From positions 124,001-188,000 of IMG/VR virus record IMGVR_UViG_3300046787_000408: 64,000 nt of DNA; one strand, 5' to 3'. How positions within the stretch are numbered: position 1 is the stretch's first letter; every line of letters begins with the position of its first letter. The position numbers and the translations under genes were made by a program. The notes beneath the pieces were generated by a model, which was not told the origin of the DNA, searched no databases, and was given only the letters and a program-made list of their open reading frames with translations. Of this stretch, positions 19,151 to 28,618 are shown one piece after another.

Positions 19151-19563
19151 TGGGACTGGATATGTACGCCTACGTGGCAAGCAAAGCAAAACAGCATGAT
19201 GAGTTTTACGAAAGTGCTGTGTTTGACAAAGAGTCTAACGAAATGGTGAATACTAACGTATCCAAGCCACGTGAAATTGCTTACTGGCGTAAGCATCCTA
19301 ATCTGCATGGTTGGATGGAAAAACTTGCCCAGGACAAGGGACTAAGTTACGATTCATTCAACGGTGTTGAGATGGAACTTACCTACCAAGACCTTGACGA
19401 ACTTGAACGTGCAGTAACACACAAACAACTGCCGGCAACTGATGGTTTCTTCTTTGGTAACCCTTCAGACGAATACTACTACGAAAGTGACCTGGAGTTT
19501 ATCAAGAATGCTCGTGCTGAGTTGTTCTTGGGGCTGAAAGTGTTTTATAATAGTTCATGGTAA
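19150..19563 (+). CDS. Conserved phage protein (YWRK..xLHGW family)
   Basis: MGLDMY start, EIAYWRKHPNLHGWM, LPATDGFFFG, YNSSW end. Confidence 0.75.
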   Translation: MGLDMYAYVASKAKQHDEFYESAVFDKESNEMVNTNVSKPREIAYWRKHPNLHGWMEKLAQDKGLSYDSFNGVEMELTYQDLDELERAVTHKQLPATDGFFFGNPSDEYYYESDLEFIKNARAELFLGLKVFYNSSW

Positions 19564-19585
19564 TACCGGTCCATAAATATTGGCT

Positions 19586-21100
19586 ATGAATTCTGTTGAT
19601 GTAATATTCTGTTCTCTTCCTGCACTTTTTGTTGATAGGCTCCCTGCCGCACCAGCACTACTAAAGGCAACAGCTGAGGACGCTGGATATTCTGCATCCT
19701 CAGTTGATTTAAATCTTGAGTTTTTTATTAACCAAGCAAATCAAAATACGGACAATTACAATCAATTGTCTTTGATCTTTACACCTAACAGTGCAGCCAC
19801 CAAAGAGTCAAGTGAAGCAATGACCCAATGGGTCCAAGATAGTGTACAATACATTAAAAAAGTCAATCCTAAGATTATTGGGTTAAGTGTGTTCACGGTG
19901 TTTCAACACCGTGCCGCTGTGGCATTATCTATTGCTCTACGCGGCGCAATGCCTGAATCAAAAATTATAATGGGCGGGTATGGGCTGAATGTAAACAGTA
20001 ACGGGTTACAAACTAGTTCACTGATAAAGAAATTTGATTTACTAAAACCGTTTTGGCAACTGGCCAAAGAAAAAAATTTAGCTGATGAAGTATTTCTTGG
20101 CACTGCTCTAGAAGATCTAGTCAATTACTTGCAACGTACACTGGGCGGATCCAACAACTTCCGTGAAAAATATCAAAAGGAAAAACCGGTACTGTTTAAC
20201 ACTCCGGTGCCCAATTACGACGATTATAAATTAGACAAATATGTTTGGAATGATGGTCCAGCATTGCCTATAACCGGTAGCCGCGGGTGTGTTCGTGATT
20301 GCACATTTTGCGATGTTGGGGGGCAATTTGGAAAGTTTACATTTAGAACCGGCAAAGATATTGCCAATGAGATAATTGAATTATCTCAAAGATATAACGT
20401 TAATACATTTGACTTTACTGACAGTTTGGTCAACGGTAGTTTAAAATCGTTCCAAGAATGGTTGAGACCAATTGCAGGATATAATGATTCTGTAGAAACA
20501 TATAAAAAAATAAAATGGTACGGGCAGTACATTTGCCGCCCGCAGACTGAAGTATCAAACACCATTTATGATTTGATTGTTAGATCCGGTTGTGTAAATC
20601 TTACCATTGGTGTTGAAAGTGGTAGCAATGAAGTACTCAAGGCCATGAACAAAAACATGACCACCGAAGATGTACTGGCAGAGCTAGAGCAATTTAAAAT
20701 ACATGGAATACAAGGACAGTTACTGATGCTGTCAGGCTTTTATAACGAAACACCAGAGAGATATAACGAAACATTAAAATTCATTGTTAAGTTACAACAT
20801 TACATAGCCTCTGGTGCAGTTTCGGCTATTAGCATGGGCCCACCGCTGTATATAAATGAGCTGATGCCATTGCATCACTTGGCAGAGGAAGTAGGAGTCA
20901 TATTAGATCCAACTGATACCAAGAATTGGTCTATTGAAGGTGACCCATCTAACACACTGGTTGAACGGTATTATCGCCGTCTTGTTGCGCAACTTGTGCT
21001 GGACAAGCTTGGAGTGCCAATGAACGGAAATTCAATACTTAATATGTTTCAATCAAAATTGAGCCTAGAAAAAATGAAAAATCAAATAATCAATGTATAA
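19586..21100 (+). CDS. B12-binding-domain radical SAM enzyme
   Basis: N-terminal PAAPALLKA...VDLNL...IIGLSVF...IIMGG; SRGCVRDCTFC; FTDSLVNG; IGVESGS; TAAATA 6 nt upstream. Confidence 0.88.
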   Translation: MNSVDVIFCSLPALFVDRLPAAPALLKATAEDAGYSASSVDLNLEFFINQANQNTDNYNQLSLIFTPNSAATKESSEAMTQWVQDSVQYIKKVNPKIIGLSVFTVFQHRAAVALSIALRGAMPESKIIMGGYGLNVNSNGLQTSSLIKKFDLLKPFWQLAKEKNLADEVFLGTALEDLVNYLQRTLGGSNNFREKYQKEKPVLFNTPVPNYDDYKLDKYVWNDGPALPITGSRGCVRDCTFCDVGGQFGKFTFRTGKDIANEIIELSQRYNVNTFDFTDSLVNGSLKSFQEWLRPIAGYNDSVETYKKIKWYGQYICRPQTEVSNTIYDLIVRSGCVNLTIGVESGSNEVLKAMNKNMTTEDVLAELEQFKIHGIQGQLLMLSGFYNETPERYNETLKFIVKLQHYIASGAVSAISMGPPLYINELMPLHHLAEEVGVILDPTDTKNWSIEGDPSNTLVERYYRRLVAQLVLDKLGVPMNGNSILNMFQSKLSLEKMKNQIINV

Positions 21101-21704
21101 TTTAGATCATCTGATTCCGTTAGACATACTTGAGATGATGCAACTAGATAGGTTTGATTTTGTATTAACCTTGACATCAGAACCATGTAATAGTCGATGG
21201 CCCAACGCCAAAGTATCTGTAAACAATGAAGTTGTATTCGATGGGATAATAAAAGAATATCAACAAATCAACTATAATGCCAAATTTGATAATATCAATG
21301 AGGTATATGTAGATATAGAATATTACAATAAACAAGATAATGATACAACAGTTGATGCAAATGGTAGTATTATTGAAAACAAATCAATAACAATATCCGA
21401 GCTAACAGTAAATGATATCAACTTGGTCAAGACCAGGACTATCTATAATTTGGGATTTTTCCACCAGAATTTATCTCCAGAAAAACAACAGTATTTTATT
21501 GACCACGGAATCAACTTTGGTCCTAGTCACACCCTGCACCTGGCAGAAAATGGTGTTTGGAAATTGAAATTCCAAATGCCAGTAATGCAAGAGTTTGTTA
21601 GACACAAAGCATCCCAGGCACCAAGCGAGAGATGGCCAAATCCCAAGCTTTTGTCGGAAATTTATGCCTTGATTGAAGACATACGCCGGTTGACCAAAAA
21701 GTAA
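21093..21704 (+). CDS. Hypothetical beta-rich partner of the radical SAM gene
   Basis: Overlaps rSAM stop; KVSVNNEVVFDG resembles VLINGVVIYNG of 44794. Confidence 0.65.
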   Translation: MYNLDHLIPLDILEMMQLDRFDFVLTLTSEPCNSRWPNAKVSVNNEVVFDGIIKEYQQINYNAKFDNINEVYVDIEYYNKQDNDTTVDANGSIIENKSITISELTVNDINLVKTRTIYNLGFFHQNLSPEKQQYFIDHGINFGPSHTLHLAENGVWKLKFQMPVMQEFVRHKASQAPSERWPNPKLLSEIYALIEDIRRLTKK

Positions 21705-21718
21705 AAAAATGCTACAAT
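21690..21718 (+). promoter_or_regulatory. sigma70-type promoter for the ligase
   Basis: TTGACC-17-TACAAT. Confidence 0.75.
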
Positions 21719-21751
21719 ACTAGTCAAGTAACAAGAACCAAGGGGTTAAAT

Positions 21752-23119
21752 ATGATTGATTATGCAGACGAAAGGTTTAACGGCGTCATGAGTTCCAGCT
21801 GGATTCGTGATCTGGAGAGTAGTGACAGCCGGATCCATAAAGAAAAAGTCATCGAAAAAGCCCTGATGGCCGCAAAGTTGGGCAGTGCTGATGCACAAAT
21901 TTTCTTGTTCAATTGTTATCAAGCCTACAATCCTTTCTACACATTCAACATAAAACAAGTACCAGAGACCAAAGGCTTGACCAACCAGCTTAATCCGTGG
22001 CCAGTGTTTTGGGCCTTGCTGGAAAATCTGCGTACCCGTAGCATCACTGGTGGCGCGGCCCGTGCTAGAATTCAAGAAGTTTCTGAGCAATTTGACAGCG
22101 AAGAATGGAACTTGGTGTGCCGTCCTGTGATCATCAAAGATCTACGTTGCGGTATTTCTGAAAAGACCATCAACAAAGTTGTGGGCAAAACAGAGTGGAA
22201 AATCCCTGTGTTTGGTGTTCAGCTGGCACAAGACAGTACTGATCAGCCCAAGAAAATGAAAGGCATCAAGCGTCTCGAAGTCAAGCTGGACGGCGTGCGT
22301 GTGATTGCTGTGGTAACTGGTGCCACTTGCACACTGTACAGTCGCAACGGCAAAACTTTTGAAAACTTTCCGCAGATTGCTGAAGCAGTCGAAGACGCTC
22401 GCAAGGCGTTTCAATACGGTCGCGGTACTGGCGGTAACTTTGTGCTGGACGGTGAGATTGTGGGCGAGAGCTTTCAAAAGCTCATGAAGCAAGCACACCG
22501 CAAGAGTGATGCCCAAACTGATGGTATGGTGTATCACATCTTTGACATTATTCCTTTGGATGCACTCAAAGAAGGCCACTGGAACGTAAAACAACAAGCT
22601 CGCTTGGAATGGTTAGATGCAGCTCGCGACGCTTTGGAACAGACCACTTGTTTGCGAATCATGCCTGGCATGAATGTGGATCTAGACACCGCAGAAGGGC
22701 ATGACGTCATGCGCCGTTTTGCTGAAGCAAGTGTTGAGCAAGGCTACGAAGGCATCATGATCAAGAATCTAGATGCTCCTTATATTTGCAAACGTAGTGA
22801 TTCATGGATGAAATGGAAACCCACAATCACAGTGGACTTGACCATTGTGGGTTTTGAAGAAGGAACTGGTCGCAATGAGGGCCGGTTGGGTGCTATAATT
22901 TACGAAGGAGTTGACAATGAACGAAACATTCGGGTTAATGTTGGTACTGGCTATAGTGATAGCGATCGTGATGAGTTTTGGGCCGCACGGGATCGGTTAC
23001 TTGGTGTCATCGGTGAAGTTGAAGCTGATGCAGTTACGCAAAACCAAGACGGAACATACTCACTGAGATTCCCCCGTCACAAACGATTCCGTGGTTTTGA
23101 AGCAGGAGAAAAACTGTGA
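21752..23119 (+). CDS. lig: ATP-dependent DNA ligase
   Basis: EVKLDGVRV (KxDG), VLDGEI, YHIFD, YEGIMIK, WMKWKP, SLRFPR. Confidence 0.95.
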   Translation: MIDYADERFNGVMSSSWIRDLESSDSRIHKEKVIEKALMAAKLGSADAQIFLFNCYQAYNPFYTFNIKQVPETKGLTNQLNPWPVFWALLENLRTRSITGGAARARIQEVSEQFDSEEWNLVCRPVIIKDLRCGISEKTINKVVGKTEWKIPVFGVQLAQDSTDQPKKMKGIKRLEVKLDGVRVIAVVTGATCTLYSRNGKTFENFPQIAEAVEDARKAFQYGRGTGGNFVLDGEIVGESFQKLMKQAHRKSDAQTDGMVYHIFDIIPLDALKEGHWNVKQQARLEWLDAARDALEQTTCLRIMPGMNVDLDTAEGHDVMRRFAEASVEQGYEGIMIKNLDAPYICKRSDSWMKWKPTITVDLTIVGFEEGTGRNEGRLGAIIYEGVDNERNIRVNVGTGYSDSDRDEFWAARDRLLGVIGEVEADAVTQNQDGTYSLRFPRHKRFRGFEAGEKL

Positions 23120-23232
23120 AGACTTTTTTTGCAGTTACTGGATTTTTGTTTTGGGGTATGTTTGCGTTGGGATCAATCAATGCAATTGACTTCCATGTGT
23201 GTGCCAAGGCACCAGGACAGTGTACAAAATGA
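23116..23232 (+). CDS. Small hydrophobic protein (below cutoff)
   Basis: GTG start after AGGAG, 38 aa, coupled at both ends. Confidence 0.55.
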   Translation: MKTFFAVTGFLFWGMFALGSINAIDFHVCAKAPGQCTK

Positions 23233-23423
23233 GCAAAAAAATTGAAATTGACTCTGACACCGCAGATCGCATTACTTTGATCGCGCTGAAAGAACAGCGC
23301 AAGTATCTCAAAAAAGAGCTAGCACAGTTCAACAAAGGCGAGTACTTGCATCCTGAAGATGTTGTATACAATACTCGCCTGGTGCAGTCTCTGGATCTTG
23401 TTATCAAACATTATGGTGGTTAA
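23229..23423 (+). CDS. Hypothetical protein
   Basis: MSKKIEIDSDTADRIT..., ATGA-coupled. Confidence 0.7.
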   Translation: MSKKIEIDSDTADRITLIALKEQRKYLKKELAQFNKGEYLHPEDVVYNTRLVQSLDLVIKHYGG

Positions 23424-23822
23424 ATGAAAGTTGGTCTTAGCCTTAGTCGTTGCATTCGCGACATTGTAGAAAAACGTGTTAATATCAAAGATGTGCTGAT
23501 ACTGATTACTCGCACAGACTTTGATCCCACGGTAAAAGAACAGTGGGGAAGCATTTGGGAAGGCTACAACACAATCAATCCTGAATGGTATGGTCTGGAT
23601 CACGACGTGGTGTTTGATGTAGTCATGACTTTGTGGAGTACTGGTCGTATTCACCAGCCACGCAAGTTTGATGCATACCCGCAACGTCGACGAGAGTTTT
23701 GGCTGGAAACTGTGTTGCCTGACTCAGAACTAGAATCTCGCCCGGCTGTGAAAGAAGCATGGGATCAGTTCCAACTGTTGGCCGGGCTTACTAGCACCAA
23801 AATAGACAAGAGTTACCAATGA
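23424..23822 (+). CDS. Hypothetical protein
   Basis: 132 aa, MKVGLSLSRCIRDI. Confidence 0.7.
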   Translation: MKVGLSLSRCIRDIVEKRVNIKDVLILITRTDFDPTVKEQWGSIWEGYNTINPEWYGLDHDVVFDVVMTLWSTGRIHQPRKFDAYPQRRREFWLETVLPDSELESRPAVKEAWDQFQLLAGLTSTKIDKSYQ

Positions 23823-24289
23823 AGAAGATCTACTATGTCAAAGAAGGTCGCAGGTACAAACCTGTGGCCGAGTACGACAACGATCTCATGGATAGTTTTC
23901 ACAAGGGCAATCATCTTGTGATGTGCTATCCAGGTGGTACTAGTCGCAGGTTCGATATTGATCCAGACCTGGCACCCATGATTGCGGCAGGGCGAGTGGC
24001 TGAAGATGCTATGTGCAAGGCCATGATGGATGCTAGTGAATTAAGACCACAGCGAACTCCTCTTACAGAAGGACAACGCAAGGCCTGGAAGAAATTGGCC
24101 AAAGAGTTTGGCGATGAGCTCTGCACCTTGCAAGGATCTAGCACACGTGATATTGTGGAAGCTGGAGTAAAGGCCATGCAGGAAGAAGCACTCAAACTAA
24201 TGCAACACCAAGCAGTTCGTGAGGCCTACGAACAGTTTCAGCTAGTATGTGAATTGACCAAAAATACCAAAACAGTTGACACCCGCTGA
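23819..24289 (+). CDS. Hypothetical protein
   Basis: 156 aa, ATGA-coupled. Confidence 0.7.
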   Translation: MKKIYYVKEGRRYKPVAEYDNDLMDSFHKGNHLVMCYPGGTSRRFDIDPDLAPMIAAGRVAEDAMCKAMMDASELRPQRTPLTEGQRKAWKKLAKEFGDELCTLQGSSTRDIVEAGVKAMQEEALKLMQHQAVREAYEQFQLVCELTKNTKTVDTR

Positions 24290-24304
24290 TTGTTTGAGTA
24301 TAAT
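24276..24304 (+). promoter_or_regulatory. Consensus sigma70 promoter
   Basis: TTGACA-17-TATAAT, with no credible ORF start for ~190 nt downstream. Confidence 0.85.
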
Positions 24305-24310
24305 TACTGT

Positions 24311-24479
24311 GCATGCTGGAAGTATATCGTGGTTGCGGGGGGTTTAAAAACCCGTGGCTGTCCGCGTAATGGCCACAAGATGTGACACTGACCTCGACGA
24401 AAGTCAAAACCGGCTGGTACCCGGGAGTAAGCCAAGGGGATAAAAACAGTGATAAGTGTCTTGTACATGTTAACATTTT
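24311..24479 (+). ncRNA. Candidate structured non-coding RNA, family unidentified
   Basis: GC-rich intergenic stretch behind a consensus promoter; stems GTGGCT/GGCCAC, ACAAGA/TCTTGT, CACTG/CAGTG, GAC-GAAA-GTC, GGCT/AGCC, GCATG/CATGT. Confidence 0.5.
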
Positions 24480-24493
24480 GATCTCTAAATATT

Positions 24494-24781
24494 ATGTCAA
24501 ATTCCCTAAACTCACTTAAAGAAACGGCTTCCAGCATGCACCCTCATCGTGTGCTGTTTGAACTGGTTACAGTACAAGACTGGTACAAGGTTATTCACGA
24601 AGCCAATGCCTTGTACGGTTCTCACAACTGGAAAGGTCAGCCGCGAGTCAAGCGCAAACTAGAGCAAAATCACTGGCTGAAAAAGACAGTCCCAGTATGG
24701 TTTGATGTACCTGATCCTGCGTTTGCAACCTGGGTGTCTGTTAAGCACAGCTTGATCGCCAAGAACGTGGTCACTAAATAA
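24494..24781 (+). CDS. Hypothetical protein (distant LRW-family-like C-terminus)
   Basis: TAAATA 2 nt upstream of ATG; WFDVPDPAFATWVSVK. Confidence 0.65.
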   Translation: MSNSLNSLKETASSMHPHRVLFELVTVQDWYKVIHEANALYGSHNWKGQPRVKRKLEQNHWLKKTVPVWFDVPDPAFATWVSVKHSLIAKNVVTK

Positions 24782-24784
24782 TCA

Positions 24785-26377
24785 ATGTTTCTTAGTTATA
24801 TCACTTTGGCTGTAGCACTGAGCCTGTCAGTTATTGCTGCCTACTACTCAATTGCAGGCCTGGCTGCTATTTTTGCTGCGGCCGTGATTCCCATTGTTGT
24901 AATGGGATCAATCCTAGAACTAGGCAAAGTTGTGGTCACACTGTGGCTGCATGAGTATTGGCGGCAGTGCCGTTTTCTCATGAAAATGTACTTGGTGCCT
25001 GCTGTGGCAGTGCTAATGCTAGTGACCAGCATGGGCATCTTTGGTTTCTTGAGCAAAGCACACTCAGACCAAAGCCTAGTGTCAGGCGATGTACAAAGCA
25101 AAATTGCAGTCTACGACGAAAAGATCAAGGTATCACAGGACAATATAGATGTTAATCGCAAAGCACTTAAACAACTCGATGAGGCGGTGGACCAAGTCAT
25201 GGGCCGCTCGAGTTCAGAAACGGGTGCAGACAAAGCCGTTGCTATACGCAAATCCCAAGCGAAAGAAAGAACTAGACTACTGGCTGAAATTGCAGCCGAG
25301 CAGAAAACAATTAGTGATCTCAGACAAGAACGAGCTCCCATTGCGGCTGAAGTACGCAAGGTTGAAGCTGAAGTAGGTCCTATCAAGTACATTGCTACAC
25401 TGATCTACGGTGACAACCCAGATGCCAACTTGCTGGAAAAAGCAGTGACATGGGTTATTATGTTGTTGGTTATAGTGTTTGATCCTTTGGCCATCATGAT
25501 GCTGTTGGCTGCAACAGAAAGTCTAAAGTGGGAAAAGCAAAGACTGTTTGACTTGCTCAAGATGCCTGTGCCGGAGCCAGAACCTGATCTTAAAGTGGTC
25601 AATCAAATGCTGGCCGCCGCGGCAACGATTCCTGAACCACAGGAGCCGGTTGTAGAGCCAAAGTCTGGGCCCATGAAGTTTTTTGATCCAGGCGAGCATC
25701 CCAAAGACTACGACGAGACTGAGGTGCCGGTGCCAGAACCTGTACCAGAGAAAACCCTACTAGAACAGCATCCGTATCTTGGACTAGGATTTTCAAACTT
25801 TAAAGATCTCAAGCCAATGCCGTATATACCCGAAAGAAAACTAGAAGTATATTCGGGCAACCCTGATGATTTCAAAGAGCCATGGAGTGAAGAAGACCGG
25901 CTACGTTTGGCCGCAGTTATGGAAACATTCCTTGACAAGAATCAAGATGAAGATCCTGAACTAAGCGATGACCATCCCAGTGTCAAAGCAGCCATGGTCA
26001 AATGGAAATTGGCCAACCCAGGTGCCACTCTCAAAGAACAACGTGCAATGTTTGCTCGTGGCGAGATTGCTGAATTACCTTGGCTAGCTCTAATTGATAA
26101 CAATGCTAGTGAATCAGGTTTTGGGTTGACATTGCCAGCTACTGCTCACAAAGGCGATACCTGGGTATTAACTAGTACATTGCCTAATCGGGTATATAAG
26201 TTTAATGGTAACAAGTGGATTTCAGTTGACAAAACTCAAACAGATAACTATACTTACAACGAAGCATACCTGGACCACCTAATAGCCAAGCTAGAATCTG
26301 GTGAATACGATATAGAATTGCTCAGCAGTAATGAGCAAGAACAGATTACTCAACGTCTACAAAAGAAAACAATATGA
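24785..26377 (+). CDS. Membrane protein: N-terminal TM helices, coiled coil, Pro/Glu-rich linker
   Basis: Hydrophobic N-terminus, heptad region, VFDPLA TM segment, PEPEP repeats. Confidence 0.7.
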   Translation: MFLSYITLAVALSLSVIAAYYSIAGLAAIFAAAVIPIVVMGSILELGKVVVTLWLHEYWRQCRFLMKMYLVPAVAVLMLVTSMGIFGFLSKAHSDQSLVSGDVQSKIAVYDEKIKVSQDNIDVNRKALKQLDEAVDQVMGRSSSETGADKAVAIRKSQAKERTRLLAEIAAEQKTISDLRQERAPIAAEVRKVEAEVGPIKYIATLIYGDNPDANLLEKAVTWVIMLLVIVFDPLAIMMLLAATESLKWEKQRLFDLLKMPVPEPEPDLKVVNQMLAAAATIPEPQEPVVEPKSGPMKFFDPGEHPKDYDETEVPVPEPVPEKTLLEQHPYLGLGFSNFKDLKPMPYIPERKLEVYSGNPDDFKEPWSEEDRLRLAAVMETFLDKNQDEDPELSDDHPSVKAAMVKWKLANPGATLKEQRAMFARGEIAELPWLALIDNNASESGFGLTLPATAHKGDTWVLTSTLPNRVYKFNGNKWISVDKTQTDNYTYNEAYLDHLIAKLESGEYDIELLSSNEQEQITQRLQKKTI

Positions 26378-27564
26378 AATCAAACGACTCTATCTACAAT
26401 TGCAGTTTCTGTGGCAAACACAAAGATGTTGTGACCAAACTAATCGTGGGCGTAAATGTCGCCATCTGTAACGAATGTGTGGACCTGTGCCAAAACTTAC
26501 TGGTAGACACCCCGGTAGAAATCACAGCCCCCAGCACACCCAGCCTGGATCCGCGCAAGATTCGTGAGCATCTAGACCAGTATGTGATTGGACAGGATCA
26601 AGCCAAGATCCTGTTGAGTGTGGCTATTGCCAATCACTACAAGCGCATTGCCAATCAAGATCCCGAACACGAAATTGAAAAAGCCAACATTCTCATGCTT
26701 GGCCCCACAGGCTCGGGCAAAACACTTTTGGCACGTACCGTGGCTCGGTATCTTGACGTGCCGTTTGTGATTGCAGATGCCACCAGCTTGACCGAAGCTG
26801 GATACGTAGGCGACGATGTGGAAAGCTTGATCTCAAGATTGTTTGCTGCATCAGGCGGTGACATTGAAAAGACACAACGTGGTATTGTGTTTGTGGATGA
26901 GATTGACAAGATCAGTCGCAAAAGCGAAGGCACTAGTATCACTCGTGATGTGTCCGGAGAAGGTGTGCAACAAGCCTTGTTAAAATTGGTAGAAGGTACC
27001 AAGTGCAGAGTCATGCCCACAGGCGGACGCAAACATCCTTCGGGGGAAACAGTAGAAATTGATACTACCAATATCTTGTTTATTGCAGGCGGCGCATTTG
27101 TAGGCATGGAAAATATTGTCAAGAGCCGTGTGAAAGGCACCAGTATTGGTTTCAGTGCTGATGTACGTACAGATGAAAAAGCTCAGCTGAGCCAGACCAC
27201 TCCTGATGACTTGGTACGCTTTGGCTTGATCCCTGAATTTGTGGGACGTTTTCCAGCTTGGGTTGCACTGCAAGAACTGGACAAAACAGATCTTGTGCGT
27301 ATTCTTAAAGAAGTCAAACACAACTATGTGAGTCAGTATCAGTGGTTGTTCAAGCAAGATGAAGTTGAGCTGGAGTTCTCAAAAGACAGCTTGGACTTGA
27401 TCGCTGAGCGCACTATCAAGAACAAAACAGGCGCACGTGGCCTGCACAGTGAACTAGAGCGTGTGTTGTTACCGCACATGTACAATCTAGCTCGCTATCG
27501 CTCAGATGGTATCAAGCATGTGGATATTGATCAAGCTCTGGTAAATAGTCCCAAGGAACTCTAA
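26374..27564 (+). CDS. clpX: ATP-dependent Clp protease ATP-binding subunit ClpX
   Basis: C4 zinc finger CSFC...[16 protein letters not shown] pore loop, [22 protein letters not shown] loop, TGARGL. Confidence 0.97.
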   Translation: MKSNDSIYNCSFCGKHKDVVTKLIVGVNVAICNECVDLCQNLLVDTPVEITAPSTPSLDPRKIREHLDQYVIGQDQAKILLSVAIANHYKRIANQDPEHEIEKANILMLGPTGSGKTLLARTVARYLDVPFVIADATSLTEAGYVGDDVESLISRLFAASGGDIEKTQRGIVFVDEIDKISRKSEGTSITRDVSGEGVQQALLKLVEGTKCRVMPTGGRKHPSGETVEIDTTNILFIAGGAFVGMENIVKSRVKGTSIGFSADVRTDEKAQLSQTTPDDLVRFGLIPEFVGRFPAWVALQELDKTDLVRILKEVKHNYVSQYQWLFKQDEVELEFSKDSLDLIAERTIKNKTGARGLHSELERVLLPHMYNLARYRSDGIKHVDIDQALVNSPKEL

Positions 27565-27570
27565 AGGATT

Positions 27571-27795
27571 ATGGAAAAATTACACGGTAGATCAGTATTG
27601 GTACAGGATGGCAACGTAGATCGTGCCTTGCGCAAGTTCAAGAAAAAGATAGCTGCTTCGGGGCTGTTGAATGACCTGCGTGATCGAGAGCACTATGTTA
27701 AGCCTACCACGGCTCGCAAACTCAAAGCAAGTGCTGCCAAGAGCCGCTGGCGCAAGAAAATGCGTGAACAAGAACTGCCCAAAAAACAGTTTTAA
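27571..27795 (+). CDS. rpsU: Ribosomal protein bS21
   Basis: VLVQDGNVDRALRKFKKK...REHYVKPTTARK; small and basic. Confidence 0.9.
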   Translation: MEKLHGRSVLVQDGNVDRALRKFKKKIAASGLLNDLRDREHYVKPTTARKLKASAAKSRWRKKMREQELPKKQF

Positions 27796-28031
27796 TGTAT
27801 ATTGAGTTTAGGTACAAACCTTCAAATATTCTCACAGCCGCAATCAACCATGAAATGCATGCATGGTCAGATCGCTACAGTATTCCTTACTTTACCAAAA
27901 CAGTCAAGTATGGCAAAAGATTCACGTTTGATGATGATGCACACTACAGTTTCTTTGCCATGACTTGGAATCCCACAATGTCTTTGCCCGAATACCACTT
28001 GATTGAACCAATGAAAATTGACAGAAAATGA
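27795..28031 (+). CDS. Hypothetical protein (LRW-family-like)
   Basis: FTFDDDAHYSFFAMTW motif; TAATG-coupled. Confidence 0.6.
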   Translation: MYIEFRYKPSNILTAAINHEMHAWSDRYSIPYFTKTVKYGKRFTFDDDAHYSFFAMTWNPTMSLPEYHLIEPMKIDRK

Positions 28032-28040
28032 GATTTCCTG

Positions 28041-28115
28041 TATAAATACATTTGTAGTGCCGATGGTCGGGCTACATTTCAAAACGTCATACTTGCTTAA
28101 TAGGAGAAAAACATG
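28041..28115 (+). promoter_or_regulatory. TATAAATA late-type promoter plus ROSE-like two-hairpin leader of hsp20
   Basis: TATAAATA at 28041; hairpin TGTAGT-G-CCGA-TGG-TCGG-GCTACA; SD hairpin CTTGCT-TAAT-AGGAG with bulged G. Confidence 0.65.
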
Positions 28116-28568
28116 ACAAAAACTCTAACCCTTCGTTCTTTCGACATTCCTGCAATTCACAAATTTGGTATCGGTTTCGATAACATGTTTGATGAACTCA
28201 TGCGTGTAAGTGCCCAACAAGGCAATACCAACTACCCACCTTATAACATTGTGCAAGTCAATGAAGACGAGTACATGATCAGTGTGGCTGTAGCAGGCTT
28301 TAGTCTTGACAACCTAAGCGTGACCAAGGACAAAAAAGTCTTGATCATTGAAGGCAAGCAAACTACAGGCGATGTTGCTGATGAAGAAGTAGTCAACTAC
28401 TTGCACAAAGGCATCAGCGAGCGCAGTTTCCGCAGAGAATTTCAATTGGCAGATCATGTGGAAATTACCAATGCACACCTTGAACTTGGTATCTTGAACG
28501 TGCGTTTAAAGCGTGAAGTCCCAGAAGAAGCCAAGCCAAAGAGCATTGCGATCACTTATACTTCTTGA
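28113..28568 (+). CDS. Small heat-shock protein, Hsp20/IbpA family
   Basis: IGFDNMF, NYPPYNI, ISVAVAGF, YLHKGISERSFRREFQLA, GIL motif. Confidence 0.95.
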   Translation: MTKTLTLRSFDIPAIHKFGIGFDNMFDELMRVSAQQGNTNYPPYNIVQVNEDEYMISVAVAGFSLDNLSVTKDKKVLIIEGKQTTGDVADEEVVNYLHKGISERSFRREFQLADHVEITNAHLELGILNVRLKREVPEEAKPKSIAITYTS

Positions 28569-28581
28569 TCACAACGTAAAT

Positions 28582-28610
28582 ACAGTGGCAAGGCAACTTG
28601 CCACTGTTTA
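28582..28610 (+). terminator. 11-bp hairpin ACAGTGGCAAG-GCAA-CTTGCCACTGT
   Basis: Perfect stem, GNRA loop, short T tail, after the hsp20 stop; a TAAATA lies just upstream, so it may instead be a 5' stabiliser. Confidence 0.55.
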
Positions 28611-28618
28611 GGAACACC

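Noticed and set aside
6656-23119. Introns or inteins in nrdA, nrdB or ligase
   Set aside because: Lengths are typical, motifs are contiguous, and no intein ends or homing-endonuclease motifs were seen.
24311-24479. SRP RNA, tRNA, hammerhead or HDV-like ribozyme identity for the ncRNA candidate
   Set aside because: AGCCAAGG resembles 4.5S RNA but the CAGG/AGCAG loop is missing; there is no cloverleaf or T-loop, no CUGAUGA core, and I could not fit an HDV double pseudoknot by eye.
25540-25760. PEPEP/VPEP repeats in the membrane protein as a DNA repeat element
   Set aside because: This is a low-complexity proline linker at the protein level with no exact nucleotide periodicity.
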